NCBI GenBank assembly: GCA_963675915.1
Contig: OY780959.1
Location: 900,001-932,000, forward strand
Reading direction: 5' to 3'
DNA from: Coprobacillaceae bacterium
Lineage (GTDB): Bacteria > Bacillota_I > Bacilli_A > Erysipelotrichales > Coprobacillaceae
Length of the DNA: 32,000 nt
The position numbers and the translations under genes are program-made. The notes under the pieces were generated by a model that saw only the letters and a program-made list of their open reading frames with translations, searched no databases and was not told where the DNA came from. Below are positions 17,986 to 26,710 of the stretch, piece by piece (the first letter of the stretch is position 1; each line of letters begins with the position of its first letter).

Positions 17986-20172
17986 TTAATAAAAATCTTC
18001 CAAAACCAGGGTGTTGTTATAGCGCTCCTTGAGCGATGTCAGCCGGTTGAGGTCCTGATTGCGGGCCAGACCCGCCAAAAAAGCCTCATATTCCCCCAGC
18101 AAAAAGAGTGACTGTTTCGCCCGGGAAAGTCCGGTGTAAAGGAGATTCTTGCGCAACATGATCCGATAATCGAACAATATCGGCATGATTACTATCTTGA
18201 ATTCACTCCCCTGGGACTTGTGGACCGACATGCAGTAAGCATGGGTCAGCTGGATAAAGGTGCTTGAGTCATATTCAACCAGTTCATCATCGAAACTGAC
18301 GATGATTGTATCCTTGAGATAGTTGAAGTTGTCTTTTTTGTTGATCCGGTAAATATACCCGATATCGCCGTTGTAAACCTCATCCTCGGGACGGTTTTTC
18401 AGTTGAAGCACCTTGTCCCCTTCCCGGAAAATCCGCTTGTGGACTTTGAGTTCGTGCTTGTCAGCGGTTTTGGGATTGAACAGTTCCCTGATAGCCAGAT
18501 TGATAGCATCGATTCCAGCCACTCCCTGATACATTGGAGCGAGAATCTGGATATCATTATCGCTGTAGCCTTCATCGATTGCCTTGGCAATTATGGTTTT
18601 GACATTGCGGACGATATCCTGAGCCCGACAGCCAAAGAAATTGATATCCTTGTATTCCTGGAACTTCGCTTTTTCAATCGGCTCGTCAATAATGATCTCA
18701 TGGGCAAGATTGACAATTCCCGAATTAGCAGCCTGACGGAAAACCTCGTCAAGACAGACCGCCGGAATATCGACTTGCATCAGATCGTTGAGGACATCAC
18801 CAGGCATAACCGAAGGCAGCTGATGATGATCGCCGATCAGCAATATCTTGAAAACATTGGCACTCGCCCGCGCCAAAGCCCCAAAAAGCAAAGTGTCGAC
18901 CATTGAAAACTCATCGATGATCAAAACTTCAACCTCAAGCGGATTGGACTGGTTGTAGCCAAACTTATTGGTATGAAGATCCCAACGCAACAGACTGTGG
19001 ATCGTGGTCGCCTTGATTCCAGTCAACTCTGTCAGCCGCTTGGCCGCCCTTCCAGTTGGCGCCACCAGGGCAATCTTGTCACTGGGGAAAAGCTGTTGAT
19101 AGATTTGAAGCATTCCTTTGACAACCGTGGTCTTCCCGGTTCCCGGTCCCCCGGTTAAAATCGACATTGAATTGTTGATGAAAAGATTGATTGCTTCAAG
19201 CTGCTTGGTCGCATACTCGATTCCATGTTCACTCTCGTACTTTTCAATCTCATCTTCAATGGTTTCTTTGGAAATATCATTGTTCGAGATGGTGTTAAGC
19301 CGTTTGGCAAACTTGGCCACCTGGATTTCCGCCATGTAAAGATCGAAATCATAGTAGCGGTCCTGATCGACAATGATTTTCTTTTCATCTTCAAGTTCGT
19401 CCAGATATTCGTCGAACTCGTCTTCATTAAAACCATAGACATTGCGCAGGGCGATTTTTTTGAGGTTTTCATAGCTGGTGTAGACGCTGCCCGAACTGTA
19501 ACAATATTGCTTGAGCGCATAGGTCGTAGCCGCCTTAAGCCGTTCTTTGTCCTGATAGTCGAATCCGATTTTCAAGGCCAGCTCATCACAGGTCTTGAAG
19601 CCGATTCCTTCGATATCATACATGATCTGGTAAGGATACTGACTGAGCATCTCGAGGGTCCGACCTTCATAAAAAGCCTTGATAGGGGCCAAAAAACGGA
19701 GATTGAGATCATGGTTGTAGAAAAACTGCATCAACTCGCTGTCTAAACCGCTATTTTTCAATCCCCCGATGATCGTCTCCTTCTTGGCTTTGGACATCCC
19801 TTTGACCCGATCAAGCAGGCTTTCGTCCTCGATGATCTCGTTGAGACAGTTTTCCCCCAGGGTCTCGACAATCAACTCAGCCTGTTTTTTTCCAATACCT
19901 TTAAAAAGAGGAGACGCCAGATAGGCAATCACCCCTTGTTGTGTATCAGACAGGATCACCTGGTATGATTCCAGTTTGAACTGAAAACCGTATTTGGGAT
20001 GTTCAACGTAATCCCCTTTGATCCGGTAGTAGTCATACATGTTGGCATCAACCATGATTCCTGAAAATGTAATTAAATCAAGTTCTTCATTAGCTTCGAA
20101 GTCGGCGACAATAAAATTGGAATCTTCCGAATAAAATCGGATCTTTCTGATATAACCAGTGTATTCTTCCAT
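17986..20172 (-). CDS. recD2: ATP-dependent RecD-like DNA helicase (RecD2/YrrC)
   Basis: This 728-aa ORF has Walker A (LTGGPGTGKTT), LVAPTGRAAKRL, Walker B (VLIIDEFSMVD), LLIGDHHQLPSV, and a C-terminal SH3-like/UvrD_C region (HAYCMSVHKSQGSEF...LLYTGLSRAK). Confidence 0.93.
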   Translation of the reverse strand: MEEYTGYIRKIRFYSEDSNFIVADFEANEELDLITFSGIMVDANMYDYYRIKGDYVEHPKYGFQFKLESYQVILSDTQQGVIAYLASPLFKGIGKKQAELIVETLGENCLNEIIEDESLLDRVKGMSKAKKETIIGGLKNSGLDSELMQFFYNHDLNLRFLAPIKAFYEGRTLEMLSQYPYQIMYDIEGIGFKTCDELALKIGFDYQDKERLKAATTYALKQYCYSSGSVYTSYENLKKIALRNVYGFNEDEFDEYLDELEDEKKIIVDQDRYYDFDLYMAEIQVAKFAKRLNTISNNDISKETIEDEIEKYESEHGIEYATKQLEAINLFINNSMSILTGGPGTGKTTVVKGMLQIYQQLFPSDKIALVAPTGRAAKRLTELTGIKATTIHSLLRWDLHTNKFGYNQSNPLEVEVLIIDEFSMVDTLLFGALARASANVFKILLIGDHHQLPSVMPGDVLNDLMQVDIPAVCLDEVFRQAANSGIVNLAHEIIIDEPIEKAKFQEYKDINFFGCRAQDIVRNVKTIIAKAIDEGYSDNDIQILAPMYQGVAGIDAINLAIRELFNPKTADKHELKVHKRIFREGDKVLQLKNRPEDEVYNGDIGYIYRINKKDNFNYLKDTIIVSFDDELVEYDSSTFIQLTHAYCMSVHKSQGSEFKIVIMPILFDYRIMLRKNLLYTGLSRAKQSLFLLGEYEAFLAGLARNQDLNRLTSLKERYNNTLVLEDFY

Positions 20173-20189
20173 TTTGTCTCCTTTTAATA

Positions 20190-21311
20190 TTAGTATTCGC
20201 TTTGGTAGTCTTTCAATTCAAGATCAAGATCACCGAAGTATTTGTCGAAATCAACTCCGACAAACTCCGCCAATTGCGCCATTTCCGCAACTGTTTTGGT
20301 ATCAACATCGATTCCTTCTTCAAGACGGACTGCATAAGACAGTACCTCTTTTTGACCGTGAGTGAAAACTTGGTCTTGTCCGGCAACCGGTTTGGTAGCT
20401 CGAAGTTCTTCCAGGAAAGTTGAAAGATGGTCTTTGATCGCTGTGGCATCACCGAAGATAGCCGGATCAATGGCGATGAACCCATGACAAGTTCCTCCGA
20501 CATTTCCGATATGAGTATGGTTTGAAGTAAGTCCCAAAGACAGGATTGAAGTGAACATTTCGGCAAACATTCCATATCCGTATCCTTTGTGAGAACCGGT
20601 TTGTTCGATTGCTCCACCGATTGGCATGATTCCCCCACCGTTTTTATTGGCGATATTGTCAAGAACGTAAGGAGCGTCAGTTGAAGGATTTCCATCCTTG
20701 TCAAGCGCCCAACCTTCAGGCAGTTCTTTTTCCGCTTTACGGTACATTTCCAATTTTCCGCGAGTCACGACTGTAGTCGATGAGTCGAAGAAGAATGGAT
20801 AAGGATCAGCTGGTGCCGCAATAGCGACTGGATTTGATCCCAACATTGCCATTGTTCCAAATGTCGGTACCATGATTGCTTCCGAGTTGGTGAAACTCAT
20901 CCCGATCAGCCCTTGGTCACAAGCCATTTTGGCATAGTATCCCGCGATACCATAATGGTTCGAGTTGCGGACAGTCACGATTGCGATTCCTGATTTTTTA
21001 GCTTTTTCAATTGCGATATCCATTGCATCTTTGGAAATCAGTTGCCCCATCCCGGCATTTCCATCGATTACTGCTGAAACCGGAGTTTCAAAGACAACTT
21101 CCGGTTTAGCATCGACTTTGATCATCCCTTTTTCAATTCCCTTGTGGTAACGTGAAAGACGTTGCATCCCGTGGGATTCGATTCCATATAAATCCGACAG
21201 TAAAAGAACGTCAGTTATTGTATTTGCCTGTTCTTTGGTGAAACCGAATTTCTCAAAAGATTCCAGACAGAAATTTTGTAAAACTTGGTGTGGTAATTTA
21301 ATATGTGCCAT
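20190..21311 (-). CDS. Ldh_2 family (malate/L-lactate/L-sulfolactate-type) NAD(P)-dependent dehydrogenase
   Basis: This 373-aa ORF contains LLLSDLYGIESHGMQRL, VTVRNSNHYGIAGYYA, GMSFTNSEAIMVPTFG and GSHKGYGYGMFAEMF, which are typical Ldh_2 motifs. The substrate cannot be told from sequence by eye. Confidence 0.85.
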   Translation of the reverse strand: MAHIKLPHQVLQNFCLESFEKFGFTKEQANTITDVLLLSDLYGIESHGMQRLSRYHKGIEKGMIKVDAKPEVVFETPVSAVIDGNAGMGQLISKDAMDIAIEKAKKSGIAIVTVRNSNHYGIAGYYAKMACDQGLIGMSFTNSEAIMVPTFGTMAMLGSNPVAIAAPADPYPFFFDSSTTVVTRGKLEMYRKAEKELPEGWALDKDGNPSTDAPYVLDNIANKNGGGIMPIGGAIEQTGSHKGYGYGMFAEMFTSILSLGLTSNHTHIGNVGGTCHGFIAIDPAIFGDATAIKDHLSTFLEELRATKPVAGQDQVFTHGQKEVLSYAVRLEEGIDVDTKTVAEMAQLAEFVGVDFDKYFGDLDLELKDYQSEY

Positions 21312-21357
21312 AATTATCTCCTTGTATTCAATTTGTGTCTATAATATCATAAAAGCG

Positions 21358-21386
21358 CAAAAAAACAAAGAGGCAAATAGCCTCTT
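21358..21386 (-). terminator. Rho-independent terminator after the ROK gene
   Basis: On the minus strand AAGAGGC-tattt-GCCTCTT is followed by TGTTTTTTT. It overlaps the stop codon. Confidence 0.6.
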
Positions 21387-22299
21387 AGAGATGAGATTTC
21401 ACCAGCATTGCCGCGCCGATAGCACCGGGCAATTCCAGGGTTGTTTTGAAGATCGGGGTCTGGTTGACCATCCCCGGGTAGAGCTTGTTGTTGAACTGGA
21501 TTTCCATGGTGTTGAAGAAGTAATCAGCCGATTTCATCACCCCCCCGCCCAACACGAAACAGTGGGGATCGATGGTATGGGCGATATTGGCCAGCATGTT
21601 CGAATAACAGACAATCGCATTGTTGACAATCGCGATGGCATCGCGGTTGCCTTCACCAGCCAGTTTGAAGACATCCCCGGCATTTTCAACTTCCAGACTG
21701 ATCCGGCTTTGGGCCAGTTTGGTCAAAGCGGTCCCACTGGCGATTGTCTCAATCGCTCCGGCATTCATGCCTCCGATTTTGGGCGCATTGGAATCGACAA
21801 TCATATTGCCGACTTCACCGGCATGGTTGCGGTTGCCGCCGATAACTTTTCCCTGATAAATATAAGCGCCTCCGATTCCAGTCGAGATGGTGATGTAATA
21901 AACAGACTCATAGCCTTTTCCGGCTCCCAGCACCGCTTCAGCCAAGCCGGCCACATTGGCATCATTATCGATATAGCAAGGCAAATTGAATTTTTCCTCA
22001 AGCTTGCCACAAAGATTGAAACCCTCATATCCTTTGAGATTGTTGGCGGTGGTGATTTCCTTTTTCTTTACATCGACCAGACCGGGAACCCCGATTCCAA
22101 TCCCTTTGGTGTTGGCCATCGAGCCACAGCAACTGTAATCAAGACTTTCCAACTGGCTGACAATCACTGCCAGACTCTGGTCCAAGCCTTCATTTGCATA
22201 TGAAGGTCCGCTGATTTCGCTGTGAATGACACCTTCATCATCAATCAGAATGGTTCGAACGTTGGTTCCTCCCAGGTCGATTCCTAGATAATAGTTCAT
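21385..22299 (-). CDS. ROK family sugar kinase (glucokinase-like)
   Basis: The protein has MNYYLGIDLGGTNVR (ATP-binding), DNDANVAGLAE and the ROK signature GTGIGGAYIYQGKVIGGNRNHAGEVGNM. No N-terminal HTH is present, so it is a kinase rather than a repressor. Confidence 0.88.
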   Translation of the reverse strand: MNYYLGIDLGGTNVRTILIDDEGVIHSEISGPSYANEGLDQSLAVIVSQLESLDYSCCGSMANTKGIGIGVPGLVDVKKKEITTANNLKGYEGFNLCGKLEEKFNLPCYIDNDANVAGLAEAVLGAGKGYESVYYITISTGIGGAYIYQGKVIGGNRNHAGEVGNMIVDSNAPKIGGMNAGAIETIASGTALTKLAQSRISLEVENAGDVFKLAGEGNRDAIAIVNNAIVCYSNMLANIAHTIDPHCFVLGGGVMKSADYFFNTMEIQFNNKLYPGMVNQTPIFKTTLELPGAIGAAMLVKSHL

Positions 22300-22327
22300 A
22301 ATTTTCTCCTTTATTATGGTTGTTTGA

Positions 22328-23203
22328 TTATATTGTAATTTCCAAACTTTTGGGATTCAAGACTGCCTTCCCACTGATTTGCACCTTTTGATGATTGTCG
22401 ATTCTTTCGACATGACCGTAAACTGTTCCGGGCCGGTCAAGCTGGGCTCCCTGATGGATCGTCACGACAACAGGGTCATCGTCAGGATAGAGAACATCCT
22501 GGAAATAAGCCGTCATCACTCCTGCTGCAGTTCCGGTCACCGGATCTTCAATCACTCCCGAATCCGGTGAAGCAAAATGGCGGCCATCGAATTCTCGACT
22601 TTCAAGTGACTCGATATAAAACGGATGGATTGAACTGGTTGGAACTTCAGTTAAAACTTCCCCAAAGGCTGAACTGTCAGGTTTCATCCGCTCCAGAACT
22701 TCCTTGTCCTTTACCGGCAGCAACAAGGTCCACGAACCGGTATTGCCGTAGCGAATCGGCAAAGTCTCATCGAGGTCCCCCGGAGTGATTCCTACGGCCT
22801 GAGTGAGCTTTGCCACCGACTGGTTGAATTCCTTGAATTTTGGCTGGTCCTGTTCCATGGTAATCAGACCATCTTTGATTGTGACTTTGAGAATCCCCAC
22901 TTTGGTTTCAATGGATAACTTCGATTGAAAAAAATCTTGAAGCCAGAGATAATAGGCAGCCCCAATGGTGGCATGACCGCAAAGCGGCGTTTCCTTGGCC
23001 GGCATGAAATAGCGCAGTTTGACATCGGCCCTGGTACTTTTTTGGATGAAGACCGATTCGCTAAAGCCGGCCGCCCGGGCAATTGATTGCAGCTGATTCT
23101 CATTTAACGATGATTCTTGCAAATCATCAACCACACCGGCGGGATTGCCGGTATCCGGAACTGTTGTAAAGACATCAACAGTATTGACTGTAACTTTCCC
23201 CAT
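22328..23203 (-). CDS. PhzF family isomerase-like protein
   Basis: This 291-aa ORF contains VDVFTTVPDTGNPAGVV, FSESVFI...RYFMPAKETPLCGHATIGA and EDPVTGTAAG, matching the PhzF/DAP-epimerase-like fold pattern. Confidence 0.88.
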   Translation of the reverse strand: MGKVTVNTVDVFTTVPDTGNPAGVVDDLQESSLNENQLQSIARAAGFSESVFIQKSTRADVKLRYFMPAKETPLCGHATIGAAYYLWLQDFFQSKLSIETKVGILKVTIKDGLITMEQDQPKFKEFNQSVAKLTQAVGITPGDLDETLPIRYGNTGSWTLLLPVKDKEVLERMKPDSSAFGEVLTEVPTSSIHPFYIESLESREFDGRHFASPDSGVIEDPVTGTAAGVMTAYFQDVLYPDDDPVVVTIHQGAQLDRPGTVYGHVERIDNHQKVQISGKAVLNPKSLEITI

Positions 23204-23237
23204 CTAATTTACCCTTTTAATATCGCCGGTGCAATTA

Positions 23238-24227
23238 TTAAAGATTGAACTTGGCGTTTTTATAGATCTTCTTGATGATTGCCTCGAATTCTTTTGGCAT
23301 CGGGGCGGTGATTTCCTTATCTGCAAGGTAATCGAGATCACTCCATGTCTTGACGAATTTGATCCGGTAAGCATGAAGCAGCTGGTTACTTAGATTGAAC
23401 TGCGCTTTGACTGTCTTATTGGCATGGAAATCACCATATTTGCGGTCACCGATAATCGGATGGTTGATTGAAGCGAGATGAATTCGGATTTGATGCATTC
23501 TTCCGGTTACCAGTTTTACTTTAACCAACGAATAATCCTGATTATACAACACCGGAGTGACGATCGTTTTCATCATCAAAGCCCCTTTTTCATCTTTGGG
23601 GACAAACCGGACTCTCGCCTCATCAGGAAGTTTTTTGATATAACCGACCAACTCCTGTTTGCGATCAAGCTGTCCGGTGGTGATGGTCACATATTCCTTT
23701 TCAATACAGTGACGCTGTTTGATCATCTCATTGAGAATCTGGAGCGCTTTTAAAGTTTTACCGAAAATCACGATTCCAGAAGTATTGCGGTCCAACCGAT
23801 GGACCGGACCCGGCAGGAAGCTCGATTCCCGCGAGAGATCCAACTCCCCTTTGTCTTTGAGATAAGTGAGCACCTGATTGGTCAGGGTGTTGACATTTTC
23901 ATTGATGTCCTCATGGACCAGCAGTCCGGCTGGCTTGAAAACCACCAGGACCTTATCGTCCTCATACAAAACGTCAAAGTTCTTTTTGACTTCGACAATT
24001 TGTCCGACTTCAGTCATTTCCTGGAACTTGTCTTCATATAAAAACAGGGAAACCAGGTCCCCTTCTTCAAGGATGTAGTTTTCCTTGACCTTGACTCCAT
24101 TGACCTTGACATCCTTCTTGCGGAACATTTTATAGATGAAACTGTTTGGTGCGTTGACCAGCACCTTCTTTAAATATTTATCGATTCTTTGATTGGCATC
24201 ATTGCCCTTGATTTTAAGTTCTTTCAT
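23238..24227 (-). CDS. RluA-family 23S rRNA/tRNA pseudouridine synthase with an N-terminal S4 domain
   Basis: The protein has an S4-like region (QRIDKYLKKVL...FRKKDVKVNG), the catalytic motif HRLDRNTSGIVIFGK, and GRMHQIRIHLASINHPIIGDRKYG. Confidence 0.9.
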   Translation of the reverse strand: MKELKIKGNDANQRIDKYLKKVLVNAPNSFIYKMFRKKDVKVNGVKVKENYILEEGDLVSLFLYEDKFQEMTEVGQIVEVKKNFDVLYEDDKVLVVFKPAGLLVHEDINENVNTLTNQVLTYLKDKGELDLSRESSFLPGPVHRLDRNTSGIVIFGKTLKALQILNEMIKQRHCIEKEYVTITTGQLDRKQELVGYIKKLPDEARVRFVPKDEKGALMMKTIVTPVLYNQDYSLVKVKLVTGRMHQIRIHLASINHPIIGDRKYGDFHANKTVKAQFNLSNQLLHAYRIKFVKTWSDLDYLADKEITAPMPKEFEAIIKKIYKNAKFNL

Positions 24228-24316
24228 ATATCTACCTCGCGAACATTATAGCAAATTATCCAAACATCTACAATTTGGATTTAAAAAGTTGTATAATGAG
24301 ATAAAGGAGAATTTAT

Positions 24317-24859
24317 ATGGAAACAAAAGTAAAAGGTGAAATAATTTACAGCGGAAAAATCATAAAAGTGGAGAAAGACAAAGTCTTGTGTGAAAACAAC
24401 AACTTGGCCATCCGGGAAGTGGTCAGACATAACGGCGGAGTCGGAATCCTGGCAATGGCCCAGAACAAGATCATCCTGGTTCGTCAGTTCCGTTACGCCT
24501 ACAATGAATACACTTTAGAAATACCGGCCGGAAAGCTGGAAATCGGGGAAGATCCCAAAAACTGTGGGATTAGGGAACTCGAAGAAGAGACCGGTTATCG
24601 AACTCTTGATCTCAAGCGGTTTGCGACCATCTATCCGACTCCGGGTTATTGTGATGAGATCCTGCATCTGTACGAAGCCGATGAGATCGCGTTGGTCGAT
24701 GATCCGCTTCCAGCCGATGATGATGAATTCATCGATGTGATCTATCTCGATATCAAAACCGCTCATGACAAAGTTGTCACTCAGGAAATCCGGGATTCAA
24801 AAACCGTGATTGCCATCAATCACGCCTATATCCGGTATCTTGAAAACAAACTCAAATAA
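24317..24859 (+). CDS. nudF: NUDIX hydrolase, ADP-ribose pyrophosphatase-like
   Basis: The Nudix box is GKLEIGEDPKNCGIRELEEETGY, and the overall NudF/YqkG-like layout fits a 180-aa protein. An AAAGGAG RBS and an extended -10 (TGTATAAT) lie upstream. Confidence 0.85.
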   Translation: METKVKGEIIYSGKIIKVEKDKVLCENNNLAIREVVRHNGGVGILAMAQNKIILVRQFRYAYNEYTLEIPAGKLEIGEDPKNCGIRELEEETGYRTLDLKRFATIYPTPGYCDEILHLYEADEIALVDDPLPADDDEFIDVIYLDIKTAHDKVVTQEIRDSKTVIAINHAYIRYLENKLK

Positions 24860-24873
24860 TAACTTATCAGTTC

Positions 24874-24966
24874 AAGCCACTTTTACCATTACATCATTGA
24901 GGGTTGATACTCGGACCAGGTCCGTTAGTACAATCATCTAACATGCGGTTAAAAGCGGCTTTTTTG
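24874..24966 (+). other. Long-range helix with U-tract between nudF and the membrane-paralog array. It is either an atypical terminator or an unclassified cis-regulatory RNA.
   Basis: AAGCCACTTTTACC (24874-24887) pairs with GGTTAAAAGCGGCTT (24947-24961), giving about 13 bp with one mismatch and one bulge. The helix encloses 59 nt that contain the hairpin CGGAC-cag-GTCCG nested in GTTGaTACT/AGTACAAT. TTTTTT follows, and the AAAGGAGG RBS of the first paralog lies about 15 nt further on. Confidence 0.4.
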
Positions 24967-24994
24967 GTTACATCCATTAAAGGAGGAAATACTG

Positions 24995-25507
24995 ATGGCA
25001 AACAAAAACAAAGCGGCCCTGATCAAGCCAGGAATCATTATCCTGGCAGCGATTATGATCATGTATCTGTTTTTGGGACCGGCTCTGACCTATGCAGGTG
25101 GGCTGGCAATCCGGTTTTATCTGATTGGAGCAACGCGCTATTTGGGAACCATCCCCTTATGGCAATATCTGATTTTCTGGATCATCGATCTGGCTTTGAT
25201 TGGACTGATCGGTTGGTTTGTTTTCAAATCACATATCAAAGATCTCTACAAAGCCATCTATCTGGGGTTGCCACTGGTTTATTTCAATATTGCCGGAGGC
25301 TACACCATTATCGGGCTGGAATTCATGAAAAATCCACTTGGAGCGGTCTTGATCATGGTGGCATTGAATCTGATCATTTTGGCCGCCATTATCTGGTTTG
25401 TCCAAAAATTCCAACTTATTTGGTACTATTATCTTGCCGGTATTCCCAATTTGGTCATTTATCTCTATCTCCTTTTCATGTATCTCGTCTTTGGCGGCAC
25501 TTCATGA
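24995..25507 (+). CDS. Hypothetical 5-TM membrane protein, paralog 1 of 4
   Basis: This 170-aa ORF has an AAAGGAGG RBS. It shares four motifs with the next three ORFs: GG at the end of TM1, IDLAL in TM2, FKS...KAIYL..PL.YF, and WYYY before TM5. Confidence 0.8.
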   Translation: MANKNKAALIKPGIIILAAIMIMYLFLGPALTYAGGLAIRFYLIGATRYLGTIPLWQYLIFWIIDLALIGLIGWFVFKSHIKDLYKAIYLGLPLVYFNIAGGYTIIGLEFMKNPLGAVLIMVALNLIILAAIIWFVQKFQLIWYYYLAGIPNLVIYLYLLFMYLVFGGTS

Positions 25508-25591
25508 GTGCTTGGTCGAACCAGTGAGATATCGATAAATCCGAACACTTTATTAGGATATTGACAACAACCTGTTAGGAGGGCTGATCAT

Positions 25592-26083
25592 ATGTCAAAA
25601 AACAAAACCGTTTCACCGTTTCAGGCAATCTCAGTTGCCCTGGCCACCTTGATCATGTATTTTTTTATCGGCGTGGTCCTGATGAGCACCGGCGGAATCA
25701 CGATGTTCATCTATACCTTGACTGCAACGAGCCAATTCCAGGTCATTCAGTTATGGCAGTTCATTTTGATGGCAACCATCGATTTGGCCCTAATTTCGGC
25801 TTTGGCCCGGTTCGTTTTCAAATCGAAACTGCCTGATATTCTCAAGGCAATCTATCTGGCCTTACCGCTGATCTATTTCAATACCGCCCTGGAAATCGGA
25901 TTCTTGGGAATGATGATGGCTTCAAACCCGACTACTGTTATCGCCATTCAAACCGGGTTGATCGGACTCCAAGGAGTAATTGCCGTCTTATTGATCCGCA
26001 AACTCAGCCTGTCCGGATTGTACTACATTCCCGTGATCACTGTTTTGGCAATCAAACTGTTAAGTCCGATGCTCTTACTCTAA
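25592..26083 (+). CDS. Hypothetical 5-TM membrane protein, paralog 2 of 4
   Basis: This 163-aa ORF has a TAGGAGGG RBS. By hand alignment it is roughly half identical to paralog 1 over the first ~100 aa (IMYfFiG, GG, LWQ, IDLALI, FVFKS, LKAIYL.LPL.YFN.A). Confidence 0.8.
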   Translation: MSKNKTVSPFQAISVALATLIMYFFIGVVLMSTGGITMFIYTLTATSQFQVIQLWQFILMATIDLALISALARFVFKSKLPDILKAIYLALPLIYFNTALEIGFLGMMMASNPTTVIAIQTGLIGLQGVIAVLLIRKLSLSGLYYIPVITVLAIKLLSPMLLL

Positions 26084-26168
26084 AACGATCATTATCGGTT
26101 TTAACCAATATATGTTTAGGATTATATAAAATTAGAGGCCTGATGATATCAATATTGGAGGTGTTGCA

Positions 26169-26660
26169 ATGAAACAGTCTTTTTCATTAACAAGAGTGCT
26201 TGAACTGATGGCAATTGTTCTGGGCTCATTTATCATTATGTACCTGGCGATGATGGTTATCAACACCACGGGCGGATTATGTCTGCTGCTGTTTTCGACT
26301 ATTCTTGGTGGCAATCCGGCCCAGACCGGTCCGATCATGACTTTGAGCTGCGCCCTGATCGATCTGGCCGGTTTGGTGGCAATTGCCTTTGTCATCATGA
26401 ATTTTAGCCTGCCCCAAACTGTCAAGGCTATCGCAGTCGCCACGGCATTGATGTACCACCATCTCAGTTTGATTAATCTTAGCAGCCAAAACCAATTGCC
26501 TTTTGATCAGGGCAGTTTCGGTCTGATGGAAATCTTCGCATTGGCGGTGGAAGTGATTGTGTTCAGTCTGATTTTTAGGGCCAACAAAATGTCCAGTCAC
26601 TATTATCTGGCTTTGTTTATCAGTGCCCTGATGCTAGTAGCAATGATTTTTGGCAGTTAA
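26169..26660 (+). CDS. Hypothetical 5-TM membrane protein, paralog 3 of 4 (divergent)
   Basis: This 163-aa ORF has a TGGAGGTG RBS. It keeps IIMYLA, TTGGL, LIDLAGL, VKAIAV and SHYY at equivalent positions. Confidence 0.75.
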   Translation: MKQSFSLTRVLELMAIVLGSFIIMYLAMMVINTTGGLCLLLFSTILGGNPAQTGPIMTLSCALIDLAGLVAIAFVIMNFSLPQTVKAIAVATALMYHHLSLINLSSQNQLPFDQGSFGLMEIFALAVEVIVFSLIFRANKMSSHYYLALFISALMLVAMIFGS

Positions 26661-26710
26661 GCTGCCGATGATAAATGTAATTTGCATGTTTCTTTAATAA
26701 GGTGATGAAT

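Noticed and set aside
21235-22203. A 322-aa plus-strand ORF, the longest uncalled ORF in the track.
   Set aside because: It lies entirely antisense to the well-supported ROK kinase gene and the end of the Ldh_2 gene. It has no RBS and a low-complexity Gly/Asp/Ile-rich translation with no recognisable motifs. This is a typical shadow ORF.
24904-25527. A 207-aa plus-strand ORF overlapping membrane paralog 1 in another frame.
   Set aside because: It starts inside the RNA structure without an RBS. The 24995 frame has a strong RBS and three downstream paralogs that support it.
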